From an uncultured Marvinbryantia sp. (GTDB lineage Bacteria; Bacillota; Clostridia; Lachnospirales; Lachnospiraceae): 64,000 bases of DNA. Both the position numbers and the translations under genes were made by a program. The notes beneath the pieces are model-generated. The model was not told the DNA's origin, searched no databases, and worked only from the letters and a program-made list of their open reading frames with translations. Shown piece by piece: positions 19,454 to 29,581 of the stretch (position 1 is its first letter; every line of letters begins with the position of its first letter). Location of the stretch: contig CANRIR010000009.1 of assembly GCA_947630735.1 (NCBI GenBank), forward strand, positions 543-64,542, given 5' to 3'.

Positions 19454-20139
19454 GATCCGTCCCCGTCCGTGCTCCCGCCGCTGATATCCGGCAGCTTCGC
19501 CTCATCTACCTGGGGCGGCTGATATTCGTGCACGGAAACCTCCTCCGCATCTATCGCATTGTACGCGGCGTACGTGCCGGAAGCGCCGGCAGCCTTTCCG
19601 ATCTGCTTCACCAGACGGCCCAGCCAGAAAATGCCCAGCAGGTTCCCCACTCCGTCCACGATCAGGGACACCCCGATCAGGACCACGATGATCTCCAGCC
19701 CCTCAAAGGGATTTGCCACCAGAATGCCGCCGAAGGCCAGAAGCGCCGCCGCGAACACAAGCAGGATATACCATTTTGTCGCCCCGAGGCGCCGCAGATC
19801 CAGGGCGTGCTGCAGCTTGATCACTGCTCCCAGAAGAGCCACGATGCCGAGGGCAAAGGGGATGATCTCAAGCATGTACTCCATTTTCAGCAGAATATAC
19901 GCGCCTGTGGCCACCCCGACGATGCCGGACACCATATCCATCTGCATCACGCTCTGCATCCTGTCCTTTGTGAAATAGATGATCAGATGCGCGCAGCCGA
20001 AGATGATCATGCCCACCCCGAATACGTAGCAGAATGTGCGCACCGAGATGTCCGGCCACACCAAAAGCGCGATCCCCAGCACGATATAGGCCGCCGACAG
20101 CACACAAAAACTTTTTTTCACTTCTCTTACCTGTTCCAT
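19450..20139 (-). CDS. HdeD/DUF308-like membrane protein
   Basis: Six hydrophobic segments in two repeats ending WP and NP. Confidence 0.7.
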   Translation of the reverse strand: MEQVREVKKSFCVLSAAYIVLGIALLVWPDISVRTFCYVFGVGMIIFGCAHLIIYFTKDRMQSVMQMDMVSGIVGVATGAYILLKMEYMLEIIPFALGIVALLGAVIKLQHALDLRRLGATKWYILLVFAAALLAFGGILVANPFEGLEIIVVLIGVSLIVDGVGNLLGIFWLGRLVKQIGKAAGASGTYAAYNAIDAEEVSVHEYQPPQVDEAKLPDISGGSTDGDGS

Positions 20140-20157
20140 AAAAACCCCCGTTCCGGC

Positions 20158-20550
20158 TTACGCTTCCCCGGCCTGCTCCTCCTGTGTATCGTCTGCAAGG
20201 TCTTCCACCATATCCTCCGACAGGCTGTCCTCCGCGCTGCCCGCGATCTCCTCCGCCAGATCATCCGCGGGGATCTCTTCTTCGAGCATCACTTCCTCCT
20301 CAGCCGCGTCCGTCTCCGGGACTTCCTCCTCCGGCTGGATCTTCACCAGACCTTTGCTCAGCTCATCTACCGCGATGGAGAGCGGCTTGTCGATGGCCGG
20401 CTTCGACAGGGGCTTTCTGCCGTCGATCAGCTGTCTGGCGCGCTTCGCCGTGGCCAGCACGATGGAATATCTGCTGCTGATCACCTGGTTCTCGTTTTCG
20501 GAGTCCCCGTTGATCGCTTTGATCAGTTCCGCATAAGATGGATGTAACAT
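20158..20550 (-). CDS. rpoZ: RNA polymerase omega subunit with acidic C-terminal tail
   Basis: MLHPSY, SRYSIVLATAKRARQL, KPLSIAVDEL; GGAGG SD; follows gmk. Confidence 0.93.
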   Translation of the reverse strand: MLHPSYAELIKAINGDSENENQVISSRYSIVLATAKRARQLIDGRKPLSKPAIDKPLSIAVDELSKGLVKIQPEEEVPETDAAEEEVMLEEEIPADDLAEEIAGSAEDSLSEDMVEDLADDTQEEQAGEA

Positions 20551-20578
20551 AATTTTCTCCTCCTGATTTTTGATTTCT

Positions 20579-21214
20579 CTATTTGCAGCCTGAGCCGTCA
20601 AATTTTTTCAGATCTTCTGCCAGTGTCTCCACAAAAGCGTCGTTCCGGCTTACCCGGAAATGCTCGCTCTGAATGATGGCGTGCATCTCCTCCATGCAGG
20701 TCTGCAGATCGTCGTTGACCACCAGATAGTCATACTGGCGTATGTAGGCCGTCTCCTCCACCGCGCGCTTCAGGCGCATGTCGATCACCTCGGCCGGCTC
20801 GGTGCCGCGCCCCATAAGCCTCTCCTTTAAGACGTCCGCGCTGGGCGGGACCACAAACAGAAGCAGGGTGTCCGGATATTTTTCTTTGATCTTTAAGGCG
20901 CCCTGCATCTCGATCTCCAGGATGACGTCGCGGCCCTTTGCCATCTGTTCCTCCACGTAGCCGCGCGGCGTCCCGTAATAGTTGCCCACATACTCGGCGT
21001 ATTCCAGCAGGCCGTCCGTGCGGATCAGCTCCTGGAACTGTTCCCGGGTCTTAAAAAAATAATGCACGCCGTCCACTTCCCCCGGGCGCGGACCGCGCGT
21101 CGTGGCCGATACGGACAGGGCATAATTATCGTATTTTTCTAAAAGCGCAGAAACCAGGGTCCCCTTTCCCGTCCCGGCAAAACCGGATATGACCAGCAAG
21201 ACTCCCCTATTCAT
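20579..21214 (-). CDS. gmk: Guanylate kinase
   Basis: SGFAGTGKGT, TTRGPRPGEVDG, YYGT. Confidence 0.96.
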   Translation of the reverse strand: MNRGVLLVISGFAGTGKGTLVSALLEKYDNYALSVSATTRGPRPGEVDGVHYFFKTREQFQELIRTDGLLEYAEYVGNYYGTPRGYVEEQMAKGRDVILEIEMQGALKIKEKYPDTLLLFVVPPSADVLKERLMGRGTEPAEVIDMRLKRAVEETAYIRQYDYLVVNDDLQTCMEEMHAIIQSEHFRVSRNDAFVETLAEDLKKFDGSGCK

Positions 21215-21476
21215 CAGCATCCCCCTTTTCGTCGTCGAAATTCAGACGGAACCTTTTTGCCAGGGTGTCCGGCTGCAACGCGGAGAGCACGATGAAATCG
21301 TCCTCCGCGATGATCACGGATTTTGTCCGCCTGCCCTGTGTGGCGTCCACCACTTTCCCAAGCTGCCTGGCATTCTGTACCATCCGTTTGACGGGCGCAG
21401 CCTCCGGGGCCACCACGGCGATGATCTTTGCCGTGTTTACCACGTTGCCAAAGCCGATATTCATTAATCTAGCCAA
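21207..21476 (-). CDS. remA: RemA/DUF370 family regulator
   Basis: NIGFGN, DATQGRRTKS, LSALQPDT; yicC-remA-gmk-rpoZ order; probable TTG start. Confidence 0.9.
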   Translation of the reverse strand: MARLMNIGFGNVVNTAKIIAVVAPEAAPVKRMVQNARQLGKVVDATQGRRTKSVIIAEDDFIVLSALQPDTLAKRFRLNFDDEKGDADE

Positions 21477-21488
21477 TTCTGTCCCCAC

Positions 21489-22367
21489 CTATTCAATGTT
21501 CTGTATCTGCTCGCGCACCTTTTCGATCTCGGTCTTCAGATCGATGGCCAGATCAGACGTCTCCAGATCGTTTGCCTTGGAGAGGATGGTGTTTGCCTCC
21601 CGGTTCATCTCCTGGGCGATAAAGTCCAGCTTTCTGCCCACGCTTCCGCCTTTTTCCAGCTCCGCGCGCATGCTGCCGATATGGCTGCGCAGACGCACGG
21701 TCTCCTCGTCCGTGCAGATCTTATCCGCAAACAGGACCACTTCCGCGGCCAGCCTGCTCTCCTCGATCTGGGTATCTCCCAGAAGCTCGCGCACTTTATC
21801 CGCAAGCTTTTCCCGGTACGCCTCTATGATCTGCGGGAAGCGCTGCTCCACCGCGTCCACATTTTTCTCCATGCCGTCCAGCTTTTCAAGCAGGTCGCTC
21901 TTTAAGGCGTCTCCCTCGCGCTGCCTGCTGGCCGTGAACTGTTCGCAGGCGCCTCGGACCGTCGCCTCCAGCATAGCCCAGAGTTCCTCATTGTCCAGCG
22001 CCTGTTCTTCCATGGTCAGGACCTCCGGGCACCTGCCAAGGACAGATACGCACATATCGTCCTCAAGTCCGAACGTCTGCGCCATCTGGCGGTAATATCT
22101 CAGATACTCCGACGCCAGCCTCTCGTTGTATTTCAGCGCAAAGTTCTCCTCCGTCATGTCTTCATAGGTGATGAAGACGTCCAGCTTTCCCCTCTGCACA
22201 TACTCCTTCAGAAGCCCGCGGATGCCGGCCTCAAAAAAGCCCAGTTTCTTGGGCATCTTGATGCTTACATCAAAATACCGGTGGTTGACTGCTTTCATCT
22301 CCACCGTAAACTTTCGCTCGCCCTGCTGGTTCTCGCAGCGGCCGAACCCCGTCATGCTCTTGATCAT
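21489..22367 (-). CDS. yicC: YicC/YloC family endoribonuclease
   Basis: MIKSMTGFG, GRKLDFIAQEMNREANT, REQIQNIE. Confidence 0.95.
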   Translation of the reverse strand: MIKSMTGFGRCENQQGERKFTVEMKAVNHRYFDVSIKMPKKLGFFEAGIRGLLKEYVQRGKLDVFITYEDMTEENFALKYNERLASEYLRYYRQMAQTFGLEDDMCVSVLGRCPEVLTMEEQALDNEELWAMLEATVRGACEQFTASRQREGDALKSDLLEKLDGMEKNVDAVEQRFPQIIEAYREKLADKVRELLGDTQIEESRLAAEVVLFADKICTDEETVRLRSHIGSMRAELEKGGSVGRKLDFIAQEMNREANTILSKANDLETSDLAIDLKTEIEKVREQIQNIE

Positions 22368-22421
22368 TGTTTTGACTCCCACCGATTTTTCAGACAGATA
22401 CCGATTTTGTCCCTGTACCAC

Positions 22422-22450
22422 ATTATAAATCAAATGGGAATTTCCGTCAA
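22422..22450 (-). promoter_or_regulatory. sigmaA-like promoter of yicC operon
   Basis: TTGACG-N17-TATAAT. Confidence 0.75.
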
Positions 22451-22509
22451 TTGCTAATCCTTTGATAAATGAACAAAACCCGCTGCCATTTTCTCTGGCA
22501 GCGGATTGC

Positions 22510-22734
22510 TCAGTCTTTCGGATAACGTGTGGGAATATTTGTCCTTTCAAGCAGATAGTCTATGCTGACATCGTGAATATCCGCGATCTGGATCAGGATA
22601 TCCAGCGGCATCATACTGTCGGCGTTCTCATAGCGGCTGTATGTCCTCTGGGTCAGATGCAGCTTTTCGGCGATCTTTGCCTGCGTGAGATCCTTATCTT
22701 CCCGCAAGTCTCTGATTCTCTTGTACTTTTTCAT
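22510..22734 (-). CDS. XRE-family helix-turn-helix regulator
   Basis: RIRDLREDKDLTQ...YSRYE...VSIDYLL; AAGGAG SD. Confidence 0.88.
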   Translation of the reverse strand: MKKYKRIRDLREDKDLTQAKIAEKLHLTQRTYSRYENADSMMPLDILIQIADIHDVSIDYLLERTNIPTRYPKD

Positions 22735-22819
22735 GTCACCGACTCCTTTATCATGATACTTCATTATAAAACAGTCAGGTTATGTCTTCTCTTTTTAGTC
22801 AAAAAAAATCTGGTATTTT

Positions 22820-23788
22820 TTACTGTACCAAAAGCAGCTCCACGGCCAGCTTTTCATTCAGGCTGCCGGTCTTTACGGCCTCCTCATAAACGGCGCACTG
22901 CTCCACAAGGCTCCGCAGCGTCTCCAGGGAAAACCGCTCGCACTGGCGCACAGATCTGGCCGCCACAAAGTCACGCAGTTCCAGCTTCGCTGTGATGCTC
23001 TCGGTATCGTAGCCGTGTCCCCGCAGCTCTTTTACCTGAAGGAGCTGGTTAAACTGCCGCTCGAGCAAAGAGAGGATGCGCAAAGAGGGTTCTCTGAGGG
23101 CCAGCAGATCGTAGTACAGGTCCAGGGCCCTGCGCCGCTGCCCCGCTGCGACGGCGTTTACCATGTCGAAGATCTTGTTCTCCGTCCGCTCCGTGCAGAC
23201 GGCCTCCACGTCCTGCGGCATGATCACATCCCGGCCCGCGGTGTAGGCGATCAGCTTGTCCAGCTCCGAGCGGATGTTGTTCATATCGTTCCCGGTCTTT
23301 TCCAGGAAAAGATCCATGGTGTGCCGCGTGATGTTTTTGTTTTCCCTCTTTAAAATACCCAGGATCCAGCGGATGATGGTATCCGGTTTCTGCCTGGTAA
23401 ACTCCACCACGCGCCCCTTGTTTTTGACCGTCTTATACAGGGCCTTGCGCTTGTCCACCTCCGACTCCACAAACAGGAAGAAGGCGGTGGGCGGCAGCTC
23501 GTTCAGATAGGCGGAAAGCTCCTCGGAGGCACTCTTAAAAAAGCCGCTTTCCTCCACCAGCAAAAGCCTGCGCTCGGCAAAAAACGGCATGGTCTCCGCC
23601 TGGTCTATCAGCTCCTGAACGGAAATATTCTTTCCCTCATAGCAGTTCAGGTTTACGGTGTCGCCGGGCGGGACAAGGGCATTTTTCAGCTTCTGCCGGT
23701 ACTGCCTGATCAGATAATCCTCCTCGCCCGTCAGCAGATAGATATTTTTAAAGTTTCCGGTTTCGATGTCCTGGTCTAAATTTTTCAT
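22820..23788 (-). CDS. holA: DNA polymerase III delta subunit
   Basis: YLLTGEEDY, TMPFFAERR, ELDKL, IFDMV, VKTG. Confidence 0.92.
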   Translation of the reverse strand: MKNLDQDIETGNFKNIYLLTGEEDYLIRQYRQKLKNALVPPGDTVNLNCYEGKNISVQELIDQAETMPFFAERRLLLVEESGFFKSASEELSAYLNELPPTAFFLFVESEVDKRKALYKTVKNKGRVVEFTRQKPDTIIRWILGILKRENKNITRHTMDLFLEKTGNDMNNIRSELDKLIAYTAGRDVIMPQDVEAVCTERTENKIFDMVNAVAAGQRRRALDLYYDLLALREPSLRILSLLERQFNQLLQVKELRGHGYDTESITAKLELRDFVAARSVRQCERFSLETLRSLVEQCAVYEEAVKTGSLNEKLAVELLLVQ

Positions 23789-23979
23789 AACTCTGTTTTC
23801 TGCTCGCGCCTTCGCTTGGTCATCAGGCCTCCGATGCGCCCCGTCTCCTTGGCCGACAGGGATCTCCAGCCGTCCGTCAGCACACGGTCCAGAAGTCCCA
23901 GCTCCCGCGCGATCTCATACTTCAATTGTTCGTCTGGCTCCAGATTCTGTAGATCGATCTTTTTCTCTTTTTTCGCCAT
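23785..23979 (-). CDS. Small acid-soluble spore protein (alpha/beta-like)
   Basis: KYEIARELGL...GWRSLSAKETGRIGG. Confidence 0.85.
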   Translation of the reverse strand: MAKKEKKIDLQNLEPDEQLKYEIARELGLLDRVLTDGWRSLSAKETGRIGGLMTKRRREQKTEL

Positions 23980-24060
23980 GACCATACCCCTTTCTGTTCG
24001 CTTTCATCATTCACTGGGAGTATCGTCACTTTTCGGGCCGATATACAGGAAAAATAAAAT

Positions 24061-24732
24061 TTATGGTTTTCTTTGGAAACGCTCCGCCCGGCCGGAAGCC
24101 TCCGCCTTTTTTTGCAGGTGCCGATAAAGCGCCAGGCAGGCGCACGCCCCCGCTCCCGCCAGCGCCAGGATCATCACGGCGCAGTGCAGGAAGAAGGTGT
24201 CCGGCAAAATGGTGATGACGGGGTCCGTGACCGGGTCGAACAGCCAGTAGTCGTTTTGGAACACCAGCTCATGGAACAGGATGAACGCCCGGTCCCAGCC
24301 GATCAAAAGCATCCCGCCCGCTGCAAGGAGCAGGCACGGTGTCAGGATCCCGGCCGCCAGAAGGCAGCCGTATCTTTTTCGTCTGCATTTGTACCACATG
24401 CCCGCCGCCGCGCACACGGCCGTAGCCGCAAGCATCCAGAGGAACCCCTGAAAGATGCCTCTCACTTCCGCAAAGTGGATCCCGGCCTCCCGGGACATGG
24501 GGAATGTGGGAAACACAAGCTCTCCCGCCGTGGGCGACAGATTATAGTCGATCAGCGCGTCATAGTTGGCGCGGATCTCCTCCACGCCGTACCCGGATGT
24601 CTCCGGGATGTGCAGGTGCCCGATATCATAATAGTACAATGGCCGGAAGGCCAATGTCAGGGTGACGGAACAGGACAGGATAAAAAGTGTCAGTACCGCC
24701 GCAAAAACGCCGTCGCTTATCTTTTCCTTCAT
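24061..24732 (-). CDS. TIGR01906/DUF1461-type integral membrane protein
   Basis: HFAEV, FILFHELVFQNDYWLFDP..DP....LP..FF. Confidence 0.85.
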   Translation of the reverse strand: MKEKISDGVFAAVLTLFILSCSVTLTLAFRPLYYYDIGHLHIPETSGYGVEEIRANYDALIDYNLSPTAGELVFPTFPMSREAGIHFAEVRGIFQGFLWMLAATAVCAAAGMWYKCRRKRYGCLLAAGILTPCLLLAAGGMLLIGWDRAFILFHELVFQNDYWLFDPVTDPVITILPDTFFLHCAVMILALAGAGACACLALYRHLQKKAEASGRAERFQRKP

Positions 24733-24767
24733 CGTATCATCCCTTCCGCATCCGGGCTCAGAGACAG

Positions 24768-26162
24768 TCAGTCCACAATGTTCAGGCCGTGTTCTTCTTC
24801 ATACTGCACCATGGCCGAAATATTTGCGATCTCGCAGTCGTTGAACACCTGCGCCGCGTATTCTTCTGTAAATTCTTCCCCGGAAATTGTCGGCTGATAC
24901 CAGCTCTTGCTGTTGAAATAATCGCTCAGGGCCGCATCGTTGAAAATGTAACCGTGCCTTGCGTAAATTTCATTGCGCGCAAGAAAGATTTCTTCCTCGG
25001 TAAGCCCCGCCAGATCTTCCTCTGTGAGGTAGCGGCTGCCGCTGTCCGGGATCACGTAATCCTGCGCATAGTGGTACGCGCCCGCCTGCTGGCCGGATCC
25101 CTGTGCGGCTCCGGTCTGGCTGTCCCCCTGGGCTGCGTTCGGGCGGCTGTCCACGTTGGCAGCGTTCGACTGGCTGTCCCCGTTGGCCGCGTTTGGCTGG
25201 CTGTCCCCGTTGGCCGCGTTCGACTGGCTGTCCCCGTTGGCAGCGTTCGGCTGGCTGTCTCCGTTGGCCGCGTTCGGCTGGCCGCCCTCTGCCGCTCCTG
25301 CCTGGTTCTGCGCGGCCTGCCCGTCCGCACCCGGCACGGCGGAGAACGCTTTCGACAGTTTGTTTTCTCTGGCGGAGTTGACATAATTTGTGAAGCTGGT
25401 CGTGCCATACTGCACGCTTTCCGCGCTCCCGCCGTTTAAAAGGGCCGCGGCCCCGTCATAGTCCGTGATCTGCCGGTCGATGGAACATAAAATGCCAACC
25501 TCCGTCTGGTCCGCCAGCGGCGTCCACACGGGGTCGGAGGGCCACAGGCCCAGATCGTTCGCGGCCGCATACACCTTGTCCATGTATTCGTCCTCAAAGA
25601 AGCTGCCCGTGAGCGTGAGCTTTTTGACCTCGTAAAAATCGGTTCCGTCAAATCCCACCGCGCGCAGTGTCCACTCCACACCGTCCGAGAGCAGTGTTTC
25701 TGTGTCTTTGCACTCGCACACCAGGATCTGGCCGTCCTGCCCGTTTAGGGCGAACACGTCGATATCGGCCCCCGTGCGGTCCAAAAAGCCCTCGGCCAGC
25801 GTGTACTGCGCCTTCCTGCGAAGCGTGTTCTCCTGCCGCTGATAGACCTCCGCCACCAGCGCGTTCTCCTGCTGCCCGCTCTCTCCCGTCTGAGGTTTCA
25901 GCCGCACGGCCAGAAGCTCCTCGGCGCCGTCCCAGTTTAAGTCTGTCTGGGACAGGGTCAAAAAACCGTCGTACAGGCGGTATTCCAGATCCCCGGAGGG
26001 CTCGAGGTAATTTCCCTCCTCATAGGAGACCACCACATTGTCCTGGGTGTACGTGTAGAACAGATCCACCAGGCTCCGCTCCTCGTCCTGCGCGCAGACC
26101 GGCAGGCCCGTCAGTGCCAGCGCGGCAAACACCGCCGCCGCTTTTGTACCTTTCCCTTTCAT
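24768..26162 (-). CDS. Secreted YARHG-domain protein with repeat linker
   Basis: Signal-peptide-like N-terminus from MKGKG; ARNEIYARHGYIF...WY near C-terminus. Confidence 0.87.
   Translation of the reverse strand: MKGKGTKAAAVFAALALTGLPVCAQDEERSLVDLFYTYTQDNVVVSYEEGNYLEPSGDLEYRLYDGFLTLSQTDLNWDGAEELLAVRLKPQTGESGQQENALVAEVYQRQENTLRRKAQYTLAEGFLDRTGADIDVFALNGQDGQILVCECKDTETLLSDGVEWTLRAVGFDGTDFYEVKKLTLTGSFFEDEYMDKVYAAANDLGLWPSDPVWTPLADQTEVGILCSIDRQITDYDGAAALLNGGSAESVQYGTTSFTNYVNSARENKLSKAFSAVPGADGQAAQNQAGAAEGGQPNAANGDSQPNAANGDSQSNAANGDSQPNAANGDSQSNAANVDSRPNAAQGDSQTGAAQGSGQQAGAYHYAQDYVIPDSGSRYLTEEDLAGLTEEEIFLARNEIYARHGYIFNDAALSDYFNSKSWYQPTISGEEFTEEYAAQVFNDCEIANISAMVQYEEEHGLNIVD
25100..25283. repeat. 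27-bp coding tandem repeat, about 6-7 degenerate copies
   Basis: Unit GGCTGTCCCCGTTGG(C/A)...; encodes Q(P/S)NAANGDS. Confidence 0.9.
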
Positions 26163-26223
26163 CCTTCTTCCCCCTTTTTCTTTAAACCCCGTTTTATCTG
26201 TCTTTGTTCTGTCCGGCTGCATT

Positions 26224-26859
26224 TTACCGGACATCGTCCATGCCGTACAGCAGCGCGTTGCAGATGCAGGCCGCGATGTTGCTGCCGCCCTTTCTCCCCC
26301 GCGCCACGATGCAGGGCACGTCTGTGCGCAGGATCAGCTCCTTGGACTGCACCACGTTCACAAAGCCCACCGGCACGCCGATCACCAGCTCCGGCCGCAG
26401 CTTCCCCTCCGTGATCAGTTCGTAGAGGCGCACGAGCGCCGTGGGCGCGTTTCCGATGGCGAATATAAGCGGTCTTTCAAGGCCGGCCGCCTTGTCCATG
26501 CTGGCCGTAGCCCTGGTGGTGCCGTTCTGTTTTGCCCGGGCGGCCACGTCCTCGTCCGACATAAAGCAGAAGACCTCCCCGCCGTATTTTGCCAGCAGCT
26601 TTTTGTTGATGCCGGCCTTCGCCATCTGGGTGTCCGTGACGATGCAGGCCCCCTTCCGGATGGCCGAGCGCGCAAGCTGCACGGCCCCTTTTGAGAAATA
26701 GAGGTTCTCTGCATAGTCAAAATCCGCGCTGGTGTGGATGCAGCGCTTTATGATGGGGCCGGTGTCCGTCGGAAGCTCCCGCCCCAGCTCCTGGGAGATG
26801 ATCTCGAAGCTGCGCCGCTCGATCTCCTCCGGCTTCACGTTTTCCAGTTCCACTTTCAT
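26224..26859 (-). CDS. cbiC: Precorrin-8X/cobalt-precorrin-8 methylmutase
   Basis: [37 protein letters not shown]; start MKVELE. Confidence 0.95.
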   Translation of the reverse strand: MKVELENVKPEEIERRSFEIISQELGRELPTDTGPIIKRCIHTSADFDYAENLYFSKGAVQLARSAIRKGACIVTDTQMAKAGINKKLLAKYGGEVFCFMSDEDVAARAKQNGTTRATASMDKAAGLERPLIFAIGNAPTALVRLYELITEGKLRPELVIGVPVGFVNVVQSKELILRTDVPCIVARGRKGGSNIAACICNALLYGMDDVR

Positions 26860-28487
26860 TCCAGCCCCTCCTCCAGTATCGCATATATTTTCTCCATGTC
26901 CAGATGTTTTCGCAGTTCCGCGGCCAAAAGATCGTACTGGCTCTCCTTGAAGGCCGCAAAATCTACGGCGGACGTTTCGGACATGTCCAGCCCCTTGGCT
27001 TCCCCCAGGGCCTTTACCACGGTCTTCGCCACATTCTCCCGGTCGAAGATGCCGTGCACGTAGGTGCCGTAGATATTTCCCCGCTGTGCGCCGTCCTGCT
27101 TTGCTGCGCCGGGCGATTTTCCGCATGTTCGGTTCCCGCCGGACGGCTCTGCGCATGCCTGTTCTGCACCGGACAGTTCTGCGCGCGCCTGGTTCCCGCC
27201 GGACGCTGCGGCCGCGGACGTATTCCCCGGCTCTGCATAATTGCGGATTTCCGCAAGGGCCCCGCAGCCCTCCCGCAGCCTGGTCACGCCCATGTGGATC
27301 TCGTAGCCGGACAGCTCCTGCCCGGACAGCTGCCCCAGGAGGCCCTCCGCCTGGAGGAATCTGCCGTCTACCCGGGTGCGGGTCTTCTGGCCCGCAAACA
27401 CGGTCTCCATGGGCAGCAGGCCCATGCCGCGCATAGTTCCGCCGCCCTCCACGCCCTCGGGGTCGCTTAAAAGCTCGCCCATCATCTGGTAGCCCCCGCA
27501 GATGCCGAAGATCACGCAGCCATCGGCGGCCGCTTTCAGGACGGCGGCCTCCAGGCCGCACTGGCGCAGATGGCGCAGGTCGTCCATGGTGCTCTTGGTC
27601 CCCGGCAGGATGATCATGTCCGGGTCTCGCAGCTGCGCCGGGGTCTCCACATAGCGCAGGGACACGCCCTCTATGTTCTCAAACGGATTGAAGTCTGTAA
27701 AGTTGGAGATGCGGGGCAGACGGATGACCGCGATGTCGATCAGGCCGACTTTGCGGTTTTCCGAAAAGCGCTCCGTCAGGCTGTCCTCGTCTTCCACGCG
27801 GATCTGCATATAGGGGGCCACGCCCACCACCGGGATGCCCGCGCGCTCCTCCAGCATGGCGATCCCCGGGTCGAGTATGGTCTTGTCGCCGCGGAATTTG
27901 TTGATGACCAGGCCCTTTACCATGGCGCGCTCCTCTTCCGTAAGGAGCATCACGGTGCCGATGAGCTGGGCGAACACGCCGCCCCGGTCGATATCGCCCA
28001 CCAGGAGCACCGGGGCCTTCGCCATCTTCGCCATGCCCATGTTGACGATGTCGTCCGCTTTCAGGTTGATCTCCGCCGGGCTGCCCGCCCCCTCTATGAC
28101 AATCATATCATATTCCGCCGAAAGTTTGTCAAAAGCTTTTTGAATCTCGGGGATCAGCTGCTTTTTGTAGGCAAAATATTCGCGGGCCGTCATGTTTCCC
28201 AGCACTTCGCCGTTCACGATCACCTGGGAGCCCACGTCGTTGGTGGGCTTTAGAAGGATGGGGTTCATGCACACGGACGGCGCGACGCCGGCCGCCTCCG
28301 CCTGCATGACCTGAGCCCTGCCCATCTCCAGGCCCTCCTCTGTGATGTAGGAATTCAGGGCCATGTTCTGCGACTTAAAGGGCGCGACGCGAAAGCCGTC
28401 CTGCCGGAAGATCCGGCACAGGCCCGCCGTCAGCAGACTCTTTCCCACGTTTGACATGGTGCCCTGCACCATAATTACCTTTGCCAT
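26856..28487 (-). CDS. cobQ: Cobyric acid synthase
   Basis: [42 protein letters not shown]. Confidence 0.96.
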   Translation of the reverse strand: MAKVIMVQGTMSNVGKSLLTAGLCRIFRQDGFRVAPFKSQNMALNSYITEEGLEMGRAQVMQAEAAGVAPSVCMNPILLKPTNDVGSQVIVNGEVLGNMTAREYFAYKKQLIPEIQKAFDKLSAEYDMIVIEGAGSPAEINLKADDIVNMGMAKMAKAPVLLVGDIDRGGVFAQLIGTVMLLTEEERAMVKGLVINKFRGDKTILDPGIAMLEERAGIPVVGVAPYMQIRVEDEDSLTERFSENRKVGLIDIAVIRLPRISNFTDFNPFENIEGVSLRYVETPAQLRDPDMIILPGTKSTMDDLRHLRQCGLEAAVLKAAADGCVIFGICGGYQMMGELLSDPEGVEGGGTMRGMGLLPMETVFAGQKTRTRVDGRFLQAEGLLGQLSGQELSGYEIHMGVTRLREGCGALAEIRNYAEPGNTSAAAASGGNQARAELSGAEQACAEPSGGNRTCGKSPGAAKQDGAQRGNIYGTYVHGIFDRENVAKTVVKALGEAKGLDMSETSAVDFAAFKESQYDLLAAELRKHLDMEKIYAILEEGLE

Positions 28488-29515
28488 GTCACACACTCCT
28501 TCAGGACGCGCGCCAGTTCCTCATTCTCCTGCCGCGCGCGCACCGCCACGCGGTAATAACCGTCCGACAGCCCCCGGTAATTGGCGCAGTCCCGGATGAG
28601 GACGCCGCGCTCTGCGCATTTTTGCGCCAGCCCTTCCGGGCCATGGAAAAACAGGAAGTTCGCCGCGGAAGCATACACGGTAAATCCCAGCCCGCAAAGC
28701 ATCTTTGAAAGCCATGCCCGCTCTTTTTGCACAAGAGCCCGCGCCTCATCCACGTAGGCCTCCTCGCGAAGGGCCGCCACGCCGGCCATCTGCGCCGGAA
28801 CGGACACGCTCCAGGGCTGCCTTCCCCGCTCCATGCGCGAAAGCAGGGCGCGGTCGGCGCTCAGGCCGTAGCCCAGCCGCAGTCCGGCCATGGCGTAGGT
28901 CTTGGTAAACGCCTTCAGCAAAAACAGATGGGGATGCTCCTCCAGGGCGGAGGAAAAATCCGTCTGCGCGGGGTTGTCCAAAAAATCCATAAAGCAGACG
29001 TCCAGGAGAAGATACGTCCCGTTTTGCTCGCAGGTCTGCACGATCCGCTCCAAAAGCGGGCGCGGGACCAGAACCCCGGTGGGGTTATTGGGGTTGCACA
29101 GGAACGCCAGGTCCGGCTTCTGTTCCAGATAGTCCAGATAGTCCTCCCCCAGGGCGAAGCCCTTTTCTTCCGAAAGCGGATAGAAAACCGCGGTGCACCC
29201 CTCCGGAAGCGCCTGCTCGTACTCCGCAAAGCCGGGCGACACAAGGAGCGCCGTTTTGGGGCTGACCGCCCCGGCCAGCAAAAAGATGAGCTCCGCCGCG
29301 CCGTTTCCGCAGATGATATGTTCCGTCGGCACATGCTCCCGCTCGGACAGGGCGGCCCGGAGTCCGCGGCACTGCACGTCCGGGTAGTGGTCCGACAGGC
29401 CCACGCCCTCGCGGGCGGCGTCCGCCACGCTCCGGGGCATGCCCAGCGGATTTAGGTTTGCGGAAAAATCCAGCCGGTATGGGGCTGTGTAGATGTCGCC
29501 TCCGTGTATGTGCAT
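28475..29515 (-). CDS. cobD: L-threonine-O-3-phosphate decarboxylase
   Basis: [33 protein letters not shown]; cob operon context. Confidence 0.88.
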   Translation of the reverse strand: MHIHGGDIYTAPYRLDFSANLNPLGMPRSVADAAREGVGLSDHYPDVQCRGLRAALSEREHVPTEHIICGNGAAELIFLLAGAVSPKTALLVSPGFAEYEQALPEGCTAVFYPLSEEKGFALGEDYLDYLEQKPDLAFLCNPNNPTGVLVPRPLLERIVQTCEQNGTYLLLDVCFMDFLDNPAQTDFSSALEEHPHLFLLKAFTKTYAMAGLRLGYGLSADRALLSRMERGRQPWSVSVPAQMAGVAALREEAYVDEARALVQKERAWLSKMLCGLGFTVYASAANFLFFHGPEGLAQKCAERGVLIRDCANYRGLSDGYYRVAVRARQENEELARVLKECVTWQR

Positions 29516-29581
29516 GGCGTCTCTCCTTCCATTGTATGATATGCCGTCCTGTGCTTTCGGATCGCAATATGTGCTTTCCGA

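Noticed and set aside
25100-25283. 27-bp repeats as a CRISPR array
   Set aside because: Units are directly adjacent with no unique spacers, lie in frame within a CDS, and no cas genes are present.
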